Positions 9,496 through 18,357 of a DNA stretch of 64,000 nucleotides are shown piece after piece. The position numbers and the translations under genes were made by a program. A model generated the notes under the pieces. It did no database searches and was not told where the DNA came from. It worked only from the letters and a program-made list of their open reading frames with translations. Position 1 is the first letter of the stretch. Each line of letters starts with the position of its first letter. Source of the stretch: an uncultured Dehalococcoidia bacterium (lineage in GTDB: Bacteria; Chloroflexota; Dehalococcoidia; Lucifugimonadales; UBA3495); contig CAYXDE010000009.1 of the NCBI GenBank assembly GCA_964463525.1, positions 10,297 to 74,296 of the forward strand, written 5' to 3'.

Positions 9496-9774
9496 TTGTC
9501 GTCTCCTGTAAGACCCGATGGAATGGCATAGGGAAAATGAATGTGTGTAAACAGATTTGGTTCTTATTGTATGCGGGGCGGGTTGACTGTCAAATCGCCG
9601 GCGAATCCGCTACCAGGAAGGAAGCATCTACTGGAGTGAATCTCTTTCTGAAAGCCTGATATAAGGATTGGATTGTTATCTGGCTAGGTGATACATTGGG
9701 AGGCGGTCTTCCTGGCTGTTCTCCTACGGGTACAGCTTGGGGCTTCCGGCCCGAATATCTGATGCGGTGATCTT

Positions 9775-11271
9775 GTGCCAGGGATAATCGCCAACTACAA
9801 AGAAGTCGTCAACACGCCGGCCCGGCGTCAGGTGTTGACAGCCATCACCGGCGGCCAGTTGCTGGTGCAGCTATCCAGCCTTCCCGTGACTCTGGCCTTG
9901 CCCAGCATGGCCCGCAGCTTCGGCACCGATCTGGAAACCGCCTCGTGGATCGTCATCCTGAACCTGTTGGTGCTGGGAGCGACGGTCATGTTGGGCGCCC
10001 GGCTGGGCGACAAATTCGGGCATCCCAAGATATTCTTCTTCGGCGCCATCATCATCACCCTTGGCGCAGTCCTCATCGCTTCATCTCAGACGCTGTTGTG
10101 GGTCATTGTCTTCAGGGGAGTCCAGGGTCTGGGGGCCGGCCTGATACACGGCAACGGCAATGCGATGCTCGCATTTGCCTTCCCTCCCGAAGAGCGGGGC
10201 CGCGCCTACGCCTTCCCCATCTCCGGTTCCAGGATGGGGACGCTGATCGGGATAGCGGTCTTCGGCTTATTCTTGGAGTTCATCAGCTGGCGGTTGGTCT
10301 TCCTAACCATGCTGCCCATCGGCATCATCGTCTTATGGACCAGCCTGCCCGTCTTCCGGCGGAACGTGGAATCCCTGCCCAAGACTCCGATCAACATCGA
10401 CATCGTTGGAGCGGGGCTGCTGATCGCAACCGCCGTGGTGTTCTTGCTGTCTGGGATGCACGTCCACGGCGGTGACGAATCGTTCACTTCCAATGACGCT
10501 TTGAATTACCACTTGCCCATGCACGGGTTGTTCGTGGTCCTGTTGGTGGTATTCATCATCGTGGAGCGGAGGGTCGATCAGCCGTTCATCGAGTTCCGAC
10601 ACTTCCGGCACAAGTATTTCTCGCTGTCATTGGTATCCAACGTCATGTTCCACCTGTCGATGTTGGCGACCATGATCCTGCTGCCGATCATGATCGAAGA
10701 CGGCTTGGGCAAGTCGCCCATCTTCGTCACCGCGGTCTTGATACCCCACCAGTCCTTTGGCATCTGGCTGCCGGCCATCGCTGGCAATATTCACGACAAG
10801 TACAGCCCCAAGCTGCTCCGCACCTTCTGCATGCTGTCCATCGCGGTGGGATTCATCCTGCTGGCCGTGTTCGCTGCCAAGGTGAACTTCTGGCTGATAC
10901 CTCTGCTATTGCTGCCGATATCCTTCGGGACCAATATCTTCAACACCGTGAACAACGCCACCGTGATGAGCGCACTGCCCACAGAGCATCGTGGTTTCGC
11001 GTCCGGGATGTTGGAGACAACGAGGGACCTGGGCCATGCCACCGGCGCCACCATCTCATCCATAATCATGGCGATGATGCTGCCGGCGGGGATCGCATTC
11101 ATGGTGGCCGCCGAGTCTCAGAGCCATTACATGAAAGGCTTCCAGACCGCCGCGCTGGCCGTGGTGGGGATCATGGTTACGGGTGCGATAATCGCGGCGT
11201 TCCACCGCGCCTACAACCCGGATACAGACCACTCAAGAGAGCAGGGCAGCCCCGCAGCCGCCGACGATTAG
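9775..11271 (+). CDS. MFS transporter (14-TMS DHA2-like)
   Basis: 498 aa, many TM segments, MFS motif A-like GARLGDKFGHPK. GTG start as in the track. Confidence 0.85.
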   Translation: MPGIIANYKEVVNTPARRQVLTAITGGQLLVQLSSLPVTLALPSMARSFGTDLETASWIVILNLLVLGATVMLGARLGDKFGHPKIFFFGAIIITLGAVLIASSQTLLWVIVFRGVQGLGAGLIHGNGNAMLAFAFPPEERGRAYAFPISGSRMGTLIGIAVFGLFLEFISWRLVFLTMLPIGIIVLWTSLPVFRRNVESLPKTPINIDIVGAGLLIATAVVFLLSGMHVHGGDESFTSNDALNYHLPMHGLFVVLLVVFIIVERRVDQPFIEFRHFRHKYFSLSLVSNVMFHLSMLATMILLPIMIEDGLGKSPIFVTAVLIPHQSFGIWLPAIAGNIHDKYSPKLLRTFCMLSIAVGFILLAVFAAKVNFWLIPLLLLPISFGTNIFNTVNNATVMSALPTEHRGFASGMLETTRDLGHATGATISSIIMAMMLPAGIAFMVAAESQSHYMKGFQTAALAVVGIMVTGAIIAAFHRAYNPDTDHSREQGSPAAADD

Positions 11272-11279
11272 CGGGCGGC

Positions 11280-11672
11280 CTATGATTGGCCGATGTCCTT
11301 CAACATGCCCGCAACTTCATTCCGCAGCGCCGCGGGGCTGAACGGCTTGGTGATGTAGTGGTCGGCCCCCGCTTCAGTGCCTCTCGTGCGGTCCGAGTCC
11401 TGCGAACGGGCTGTCAGCATAACCACCTTGATGCTGGCGGTGACTGGGTCGTTCTTCAACAACCGGCACACTTCAAAACCATCCAAGCCGGGCATCATGA
11501 CGTCTAACAACGCCAACATGGGGATCTCTTTTCTGGCCGTCTCCAGTGCTTCCAGCCCATCCTTGGCCGAGAACAACTGGTAACTCGGGCTCTTGAGGGC
11601 TAGCAGCAGCAGTTGCCTCACATCTTCTTCATCGTCAGCTATCAATACCGACTGCATCGCTGTCGCCTCCAT
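11280..11672 (-). CDS. stand-alone receiver-domain response regulator (CheY-like)
   Basis: The receiver domain has VLIADDEEDV, LLDVMMPGLDG and KVVMLTA...KPF. The in-frame ATG at 11672 (MEATAMQS...) overlaps the end of the upstream kinase. The longer track ORF N-terminus is not receiver-like. Confidence 0.85.
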   Translation of the reverse strand: MEATAMQSVLIADDEEDVRQLLLLALKSPSYQLFSAKDGLEALETARKEIPMLALLDVMMPGLDGFEVCRLLKNDPVTASIKVVMLTARSQDSDRTRGTEAGADHYITKPFSPAALRNEVAGMLKDIGQS

Positions 11673-13449
11673 CGGTAATTCGGGCCGCTGGGGACACCTT
11701 AGATGAGGCGACTGCTCCAGTGGTTGGCAGATAGAAAGAGAAGGTGGAGCCGGTCCCTGCCTGCTTTTCGAACCACACTTCCCCACCCATGACCGCCAGC
11801 AATTCTTTGACCAGATAGAGACCAAGCCCCGACCCGTCAATATTGGCCGTCTCCGGAGTATGTATCCGGACAAAGGGGGTAAAGAGCATATCTTGGTCTT
11901 CGGGCGCTATACCGACCCCTTCATCTCGAATGCTGATCACCACGCGCCCGGATAGAGAGTCATCCACGGCCGAAAGACTCACCTTGCCTCCTGTGGGGCT
12001 GTATTTAACCGCATTCCCCAACAGGTTAGTAAGAATCTGGTTCAACTTGTCGTAATCGGCGATCACCGGAGGCAGGGTCTGCGGAATCTCCACTGGGAAG
12101 TCGTGCTGATCGGTAGAGGTCCGAATGCTGGTGAGCGCTTCCTCTACTGCGTTAGCCAGGGAAACCTCTTCCTTCTTGAGGGTGAGTGTTCCCGACTGGA
12201 TACGGGTTACATCAAGGAGGTCGCTGACTATACCAGCTAACAGAACGCTGTTCCGATGGATGATCGCCAGCCATTCCTGTTTGTCCTCTTCGTCCTCCGT
12301 TCCCGGAGTCAAAAGTAACTCGGCAAACCCCATGATTGACGTTGTAGGCGTGCGGAGTTCGTGGGACGCAAGGGAGACGAACGTCCGAAGTCGCGCCTCC
12401 AATTCGGCTGTCAGTCTGATCTCTTCTTGGAGCCTGGCATTCTCCGCCTCGGTTTGAACCTGCTCGTTCATGGTCTTTTGCAATTCGCCGAGTGTTGCAT
12501 TGAACGCCTGGCCCAATTCCTGTAATTCTCTGGGTCCGGTCTGGGGAACTCTTTCCCTCAGATTCGCATCCCCTCGAATCGTGCTGACGGCGCCGGCGAG
12601 CGCGGCAACGGGCTTGGTGGCCAGTCTTGCGGTCAAGCTGATAGCGGCTACAAGGACCAGCAGGTCCAGCCCGATCGCCGCCCAGAGGAATTTTCGGACC
12701 TGACGAACCGGGCCCAGAGCTTGGTTTTCCGTCTCCATGGTAACTAGGGTGTGGTCCGGAAAGCCCGGGACCGCAGCCCGTTGCTGAAGCCAGCCGTCGA
12801 TGTCCTTGCCAGGATCGATGTCTCCGGTGCGAATACTTCCTGGCACCGACGAGATGATTACCTCTCCCGAAGAATCCAGGAGCATCCCATCGGAAGCTGC
12901 CAGTCCGCTCCCAACGATTCCCGCGACCGTCGCTGGGCCGGCTTCCATCACCATCATTCCCCGGGGGATGCCGAGATACATCACCGGCACTGCGATGGTG
13001 AGCCCCGACTGGGTTAGATCGACGAACTGCTCGCCTGACAGGACCTGGTCGATCCACGGTTCGTCTAAATATGACACCGACTCACCGGAATTGGTTGCTA
13101 TGGAGCTGCCCAAGTTGTCCGCCATGGTCAAACGCACGGGTGGGCCAGGGATCTGGAGAGAACGGAACAGGGGCTCAAGGTAGGCGGGGCGGCTCCAGGT
13201 ATCAACGACTCCGTCGATGATCAGTTCGTTGACCGCTAGAGTCTTGGTAGAATCCACCAGCGTCCCCAGGGTCAGGGAAATAACAAGGGCCTGGGTGGCT
13301 GATTCTCCCAGCAAGCGGTCCTCCACTTCTCTCCGCACGGTGCGCTCGGACAAGAGATTGGCGCCCAATGAGATTGCCAATAGCAGCAGAACCGCAACCG
13401 GGACGGTTCGGATCAGTATGGTGGACAGAAGTCCGGACGGTTGTCTCAT
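11635..13449 (-). CDS. sensor histidine kinase (periplasmic sensor domain, HAMP, HisKA, HATPase_c)
   Basis: 604 aa. Two TM segments flank a domain of about 230 aa. H-box SLASHELRTP, N-box LLGNAVKYS, G-boxes DEGVGI and GSGLGL. Confidence 0.88.
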   Translation of the reverse strand: MRQPSGLLSTILIRTVPVAVLLLLAISLGANLLSERTVRREVEDRLLGESATQALVISLTLGTLVDSTKTLAVNELIIDGVVDTWSRPAYLEPLFRSLQIPGPPVRLTMADNLGSSIATNSGESVSYLDEPWIDQVLSGEQFVDLTQSGLTIAVPVMYLGIPRGMMVMEAGPATVAGIVGSGLAASDGMLLDSSGEVIISSVPGSIRTGDIDPGKDIDGWLQQRAAVPGFPDHTLVTMETENQALGPVRQVRKFLWAAIGLDLLVLVAAISLTARLATKPVAALAGAVSTIRGDANLRERVPQTGPRELQELGQAFNATLGELQKTMNEQVQTEAENARLQEEIRLTAELEARLRTFVSLASHELRTPTTSIMGFAELLLTPGTEDEEDKQEWLAIIHRNSVLLAGIVSDLLDVTRIQSGTLTLKKEEVSLANAVEEALTSIRTSTDQHDFPVEIPQTLPPVIADYDKLNQILTNLLGNAVKYSPTGGKVSLSAVDDSLSGRVVISIRDEGVGIAPEDQDMLFTPFVRIHTPETANIDGSGLGLYLVKELLAVMGGEVWFEKQAGTGSTFSFYLPTTGAVASSKVSPAARITDGGDSDAVGIDS

Positions 13450-13615
13450 CTAACAGTTCCCATGGAGTGAGCGCCGGTATAGATAAAAGCTCTGCATAGT
13501 GAAGGGCATTCGGTTAAATGTTACGAAATCTATGGGCCTGTCCTTATGGCGGGCTCTTGGAAGGTTTTAACGGCTTTCCGCATATCAAATATGCGCATCT
13601 TTGGCCCCTTCGGCT

Positions 13616-13648
13616 AGTTAGGTGTTCTGTATATGTGAACACCTAACT
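13616..13648. repeat. 12-bp-stem inverted repeat in AT-rich intergenic region
   Basis: AGTTAGGTGTTC-(9 nt)-GAACACCTAACT. A second palindrome, CGCATAT-CAA-ATATGCG, lies about 20 nt upstream. Confidence 0.6.
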
Positions 13649-13845
13649 GTCTTAACAACAATATGAATCTCGTTAGAATCGCGCCATCGAAGTCAAGGGA
13701 AAATATACCTCCACACTAGGACGGCCCTTAACAGCGGCCAAGCTGGGGACCCTGCAGGCCGCAACTGCCTGGCCATTCCAGGGAAGCGTCCATGGGGAAT
13801 GCTCAGATGGGTCTGCCTGGGCTTTTTGATGGAACGGAAATACCG

Positions 13846-14058
13846 TTAACCGTGGAGGTTAAGCGGTTCGAAGACGCCCGTGTCGGGCACATAATAGTGG
13901 AGCTGGCCGGAACTGATCTTGGTAGCGATCAGAGTGTAGTCCAGCTTGTACTCGTCGATGTGTCGGTAGATGCGGGCGTCCCGCCATTCATCTGGCGCCA
14001 GGGAAGCCCGCACCTTCTGCAGCTCTTTGACGATCGGCTCTGAGTCGTGCTGATTCAT
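13846..14058 (-). CDS. hypothetical small protein
   Basis: 70-aa ORF with high third-position GC and natural-looking composition, 20 nt downstream of the SnoaL-like gene. No family recognised. Confidence 0.4.
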   Translation of the reverse strand: MNQHDSEPIVKELQKVRASLAPDEWRDARIYRHIDEYKLDYTLIATKISSGQLHYYVPDTGVFEPLNLHG

Positions 14059-14077
14059 TGGTTCCAGCGCTGGGAGA

Positions 14078-14491
14078 TCACTCTGTTGGTATGACTCCCA
14101 GTTGCTGCATCATGGTCATGGCGTCGGCGATGCCCCAATGCTCTGCGGCCTTGCCGTTGGCTATCCTGACCGTATGCACCTCTGAGAATGAGACCTTCTT
14201 GCCGGTGGCCGGGATGCCCATGAAATCACCGTTATGAGTGCCCTCGGTGGTCATGTGACCAGTCACCACGTCCCCCTCGGCTACGAGCAGATCGATCGTC
14301 GATCTCAAGTCAGGAAATGCGGCGAAAAACATCGACATCATTTCCTTCATGCCTTCCGCTCCTGGAGCCTGTCCGGGAGGTAGATCATGGTCCACGAAAT
14401 TTGGGTCCATCAGGCGGTCAACGACCGTGACGTCCTTTGCGTTCATCGCGTCGATGAATTGCCGGTATAGCGCCTTGTTCTCTTCCGACAT
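14078..14491 (-). CDS. SnoaL-like ester cyclase family protein
   Basis: 137 aa. Pattern NKALYRQFIDAMNAKD...FVDHD...FPDL...TGEFMGIPATGK...EHWG is typical of the predicted ester cyclase / SnoaL fold. Confidence 0.8.
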   Translation of the reverse strand: MSEENKALYRQFIDAMNAKDVTVVDRLMDPNFVDHDLPPGQAPGAEGMKEMMSMFFAAFPDLRSTIDLLVAEGDVVTGHMTTEGTHNGDFMGIPATGKKVSFSEVHTVRIANGKAAEHWGIADAMTMMQQLGVIPTE

Positions 14492-14529
14492 AATGATCCT
14501 CCAAATAATCTAACTGCTGAGTAGGCACG

Positions 14530-14943
14530 CTACATCTCTGGAATTACTCCCAATTGCTGCATCATGGTCATCGCGTCGGCGATGCCCCAGTGCTCAATCA
14601 TCTTGCCATTGGCGAAGCGAATCATATGGATTTCGGTCATCGACATCTTTTTGTTCGTGGCTGGTATTCCCATGAACTCGCCTGTGTGAGTGCCTTCGGT
14701 CGTTACGGCTCCGGAAACGGTATCGTCTTCTGCGATCAACTTATTGACGGTAACCTTCAAGTCCGGAAATCCGGCGAATAAAACTTCGATCTGTTCCTTG
14801 ATTCCCTGCAGTCCATCACTCTGCCCGGGCACCGGATCGTGGTCAACGAGATTGGGGTCGACCAACCGGTCGATGAAGGACGTGTCTTTTGCGTTCATTC
14901 CATCTACGAATTGTTGAAATATGGCCTTGTTCTCTGCTGACAT
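14530..14943 (-). CDS. SnoaL-like ester cyclase family protein (tandem paralog)
   Basis: The internal ATG at 14943 (MSAENKAIFQQF...) aligns with the neighbour's N-terminus. About 60% identical by eye, and the C-terminal EHWGIADAMTMMQQLGVIP is identical. Confidence 0.8.
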   Translation of the reverse strand: MSAENKAIFQQFVDGMNAKDTSFIDRLVDPNLVDHDPVPGQSDGLQGIKEQIEVLFAGFPDLKVTVNKLIAEDDTVSGAVTTEGTHTGEFMGIPATNKKMSMTEIHMIRFANGKMIEHWGIADAMTMMQQLGVIPEM

Positions 14944-14966
14944 AGCGCTCCTCCTCTGATCTTTGA

Positions 14967-15839
14967 TTAGCTCTGGCGGACGTACTTGTCGATGGCATCT
15001 GGGACTCCGCCCAGGTAGATGTCGCCACGGGAGTCGATCCAACTGCCATGGCCGGAGCCGCGGCAGTCGAACCGGGACAGCACGGCTCCCTTCTTGTCCA
15101 GGATGCTGATGCGGGCCGAGTTGTCGCGTTGGCCTTCGCTCACCATGTAGTTGCCGTCGGTGTCCATCGAGATGTCCATGGGGCGTTGGACGTCGTCCCA
15201 GATCTCTTTGAAATCGCCGTCAAGGCCGAAGACCTGGATGCGGTCGTTCTCACGGTCGCAGACCACCACGTTGTCACCGTCAACCAGCAGGCTGTGGGGC
15301 AGATGGAACTCGTTGGGCCCCTGTTTGCCGGGCTCGCCCCAAGACTTCTTCAACTGCCCGTCGTTGGAGAACCGGTGGACCCTAGAATTCCGGTAGCCAT
15401 CGGCTACATAGAGGTCTCCCGAGGCTGACGGCACTAACTCTGCGGGGTAGTTGAAGGGACCGGCGGCCCGGGGGACCAGGTCTCCGGGGTTCTCGCAGCC
15501 TGTGTCGGAGTGCTGGCCGTACCGCCCCAACATTTGGATGGGCTTGCCGTCCAGGGTGTACATGATGCAGACCGAGGTGTTGCGGTCGGTGATGTAGACC
15601 ACGTCGTCGGCTATGTGGATGCCGTGGGCAAACTCGAACGATCCATTGCCCCAGGAGTCTGTCAGGTTCCCGTCCCGGTCGAAGATGAGCATGGGCGGGT
15701 CCTTGCGCTGGAAGGCGAAGACCCGGTCTTGGGAGTCGGTTGCGATGGCGCTCACCATGCCGAAGGTGTCGCCGGCGGGCAGTTTGCCCCAATTCTCGAT
15801 CAATTCATAGGTGTATTTGCCGGAACCTACTGTAGCCAT
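14967..15839 (-). CDS. NHL-repeat six-bladed beta-propeller protein (peptidyl-alpha-hydroxyglycine alpha-amidating lyase-like)
   Basis: 290 aa with repeated blades of the type DRVFAFQR / VVYITDR / DLYVADGYRNSRVHRF / VVVCDRENDRIQVF. No signal peptide. Confidence 0.7.
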   Translation of the reverse strand: MATVGSGKYTYELIENWGKLPAGDTFGMVSAIATDSQDRVFAFQRKDPPMLIFDRDGNLTDSWGNGSFEFAHGIHIADDVVYITDRNTSVCIMYTLDGKPIQMLGRYGQHSDTGCENPGDLVPRAAGPFNYPAELVPSASGDLYVADGYRNSRVHRFSNDGQLKKSWGEPGKQGPNEFHLPHSLLVDGDNVVVCDRENDRIQVFGLDGDFKEIWDDVQRPMDISMDTDGNYMVSEGQRDNSARISILDKKGAVLSRFDCRGSGHGSWIDSRGDIYLGGVPDAIDKYVRQS

Positions 15840-15877
15840 TTCAGGTGGTCTCCTTCTAGATCGTTTGAGTGTCGCGC

Positions 15878-17005
15878 TTAGCGGCGGCCTGCGTCCCTGC
15901 TGTCGAACAACGCTTGCAGGGGCGAGATGCCGCCCAGTGTGTCGAGATCGATGCTGTCGATGGTTGTGCGGCCGCAGATGCCCATGGTTGCCTCCAGTTC
16001 GTCGCGGAGCATCTCGATGACCGAACTCACGCCGTCTTCACCGTTCACGGCCAATCCCCAGAACAGCGGCCTGCCCATCAGCACGGCGCGCGCGCCCAGG
16101 GCCAGGGCCTTGAAGATGTCAGAGCCGCGGCGGATGCCTCCGTCCATGTAGACCTCGGCTTTGCCGCCAACCTGCTCCACTACCTCGGGGAGGACCTCGA
16201 TGGTCGTGAAGGTTGTGTCCAAGTATCTCGTGCCGTGGTTGGAGACGATGATCCCCTGGGCGCCTGACTCTGCCGATGCCCTGCCGTCCTCGCCGGTCAT
16301 GATGCCCTTGACCACGATCGGCAATCTGGTCTTGCCGGCCAGCCATTCAAGGTCGCTCCAGACGGTAGCCTGGTCGCGGATGTCAGCCGGCCCGGCTGGA
16401 GCGTCCGCGGCGAACGTCCAGGAATGGGTTCCCAGGTCCAGTTGGGCGTAGTTGGGGGATTCCGGGCCCACATAGTTATTGCGTATGTTGCGCTCCCGTT
16501 TGGGCACGATCTTGGCGTCCAAGGTCACGCAGAGAGCGCTGAACCCGGCCTCTTCGGCCCGGGCCGCCATGCCCAGGGTTAGATCCCGGTCTTTGAAGAA
16601 GTACTGCTGAAACCAGATGGGGCCGGTCGCAGCCTCAGCCACGTCTTCAAGAGTCCTGGCCGAATGAGAGCTCAAGATCATCAACGTGTCGGCCTTGCCC
16701 GCCGCGCGGACCGAAGCCAATTCAGCCTCCTGGTGGGCTGCGCCGTGGTTACCGGCCGGGGCCAGCATCAAAGGGAGACTGATCTTGTGTCCCAGGACCG
16801 TGGTGCCCAGGTCGCGGGTGCTGACGTCGACCATCATCCGGGGTTTCATTACTATGGAGTCCAGGACCTCACGGGTGCGCCGGAGCGTTATCTCGTCGGT
16901 GGCGGCTCCGGCGATGAAATCGTAATCGCCTTTGTCGATATTGGCTTTGGCTATCTCTTCGTATTCGTAGATATTAACTGGGGTATTTACCGGGTCTGGG
17001 GCCAT
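15878..17005 (-). CDS. FMN-dependent alpha-hydroxy-acid oxidase/dehydrogenase (LldD / glycolate oxidase family)
   Basis: 375 aa. Motifs VVKGI, IIVSNHGTR(Y)LD and DGGIRRGSDIFKALALGA are characteristic. Confidence 0.9.
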   Translation of the reverse strand: MAPDPVNTPVNIYEYEEIAKANIDKGDYDFIAGAATDEITLRRTREVLDSIVMKPRMMVDVSTRDLGTTVLGHKISLPLMLAPAGNHGAAHQEAELASVRAAGKADTLMILSSHSARTLEDVAEAATGPIWFQQYFFKDRDLTLGMAARAEEAGFSALCVTLDAKIVPKRERNIRNNYVGPESPNYAQLDLGTHSWTFAADAPAGPADIRDQATVWSDLEWLAGKTRLPIVVKGIMTGEDGRASAESGAQGIIVSNHGTRYLDTTFTTIEVLPEVVEQVGGKAEVYMDGGIRRGSDIFKALALGARAVLMGRPLFWGLAVNGEDGVSSVIEMLRDELEATMGICGRTTIDSIDLDTLGGISPLQALFDSRDAGRR

Positions 17006-17158
17006 GGGGATTCCTCCGGGCGTAAGTTTTGCGAGGCAAGTCTAAGAGCTGGGGTGTGCGTAGTCAATCGCGCCGGTGACAGAACTCCCGGCGGCATGAA
17101 ACGGACGCGTGGTATTCTTGCCCACGGTGAACAAAGACGATGGCCTGGGGTTGAGACG

Positions 17159-18184
17159 ATGGCGAGCGGCAGCAGCGACTACGAGATATTCGAGGCGGGC
17201 GATCTGGACCTACAGTCAGGAGAGACGCTCCGAGGGGCCAGATTGGCCTACAAGACCTACGGGAGGTTGAACCCGGCCAAGGACAACGTGATCGTCTTCC
17301 CAACATTTTTCGGCGGACAGCACACCCACAACGAAGGGATGATCGGGGAAGGCAAGGCGCTGGACCCTGACAAGTACTTCATCATCGTGCCCGATATGTT
17401 TGGCAACGGCATCTCATCTTCACCCAACAACGCCATGCCGCCCTTCAACCGCTCTAGGTTTCCCGGTGTCAGCCTCTATGACAACGTGTCATGCCAACAC
17501 CGGCTCGTTACAGAGGTGTTCGGTATCGAGAAGATCGCCCTGGTCTACGGCTGGTCCATGGGCGCCCAGCAGACCTTCCAGTGGGGGAGCCTGTACCCGG
17601 ACATGGTCGAGAGGATCGTCCCGGTCTGCGGCTCGGCCAAAACCTCCCGCCACAATTATGTGTTTCTGGAGGGAGTCAAAGCGGCCATCACCACCGATGC
17701 CGACTGGGCTAACGGCTCATACGAAAAACCGCCGCTGAGAGGGCTCCGGGCGATGGGCCGGGTATACGCCGGTTGGGCGGTGTCTCAGGCTTTTTACCGG
17801 GAAGAGGTCTATCTGGACCTGGGATACCCGTCTCTAGAAGACTACCTTGTGGACTTCTGGGAGGCCCGGCGGACCAGCGCCGATGCCAACAATCTGCTGC
17901 TGATGATCTATACCTGGCAGAACGCCGATATCAGCAACAACCACATCTATAACGGGGACTTCCGGGGGGCGCTCAACTCCATAAAAGCCAAGGCGATCGT
18001 CATGCCGGGGCGGACCGACCTGTACTTTCCTCCGGAGGACAACGAGATCGAAGTGGCACTCATGCCAAATGCGGAGTTTCGTCCCATCGAGTCGATCTGG
18101 GGTCATCTTGCCGGAGGCCCCGGCTTCAACCCGGTCGACTCCAAGTTCGTGGACGACGCGCTGAAAGAGATACTGGCCAGTTAG
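17159..18184 (+). CDS. homoserine O-acetyltransferase (MetX)-like alpha/beta hydrolase
   Basis: ATG 17159 (MASGSSDYEIFEAGDLDLQSGETL...). The nucleophile elbow GWSMGA and overall pattern are MetX-like. The track ORF's 165-aa N-terminal extension is antisense to the previous gene. Confidence 0.8.
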   Translation: MASGSSDYEIFEAGDLDLQSGETLRGARLAYKTYGRLNPAKDNVIVFPTFFGGQHTHNEGMIGEGKALDPDKYFIIVPDMFGNGISSSPNNAMPPFNRSRFPGVSLYDNVSCQHRLVTEVFGIEKIALVYGWSMGAQQTFQWGSLYPDMVERIVPVCGSAKTSRHNYVFLEGVKAAITTDADWANGSYEKPPLRGLRAMGRVYAGWAVSQAFYREEVYLDLGYPSLEDYLVDFWEARRTSADANNLLLMIYTWQNADISNNHIYNGDFRGALNSIKAKAIVMPGRTDLYFPPEDNEIEVALMPNAEFRPIESIWGHLAGGPGFNPVDSKFVDDALKEILAS

Positions 18185-18228
18185 CGGTTAGCACCGGAAA
18201 CCCCGTTTTCGACAATTCGTTCTTACCT

Positions 18229-18298
18229 CCGTTCGTCCTGTGCTCCGTCGAAGGGCGCTGGCGCAACCGTGGTTCGACGGGGCTCACCACGAACGGTC
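18229..18298. repeat. intergenic inverted-repeat element (CCGTTCGT...GTCGAA family), two inverted units
   Basis: CCGTTCGTCCTGTGCTCCGTCGAAGGGCG ... GTGGTTCGACGGGGCTCACCACGAACGGTC. Related copies occur at 27165-27230 and 56837-56864, with a partial copy at 54627-54640. Confidence 0.65.
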
Positions 18299-18357
18299 CG
18301 CTGAGGCTGGCGTTTCAAGAACCAAGTATCTGTCAACTTATCACCCGGAGGCCTGAC

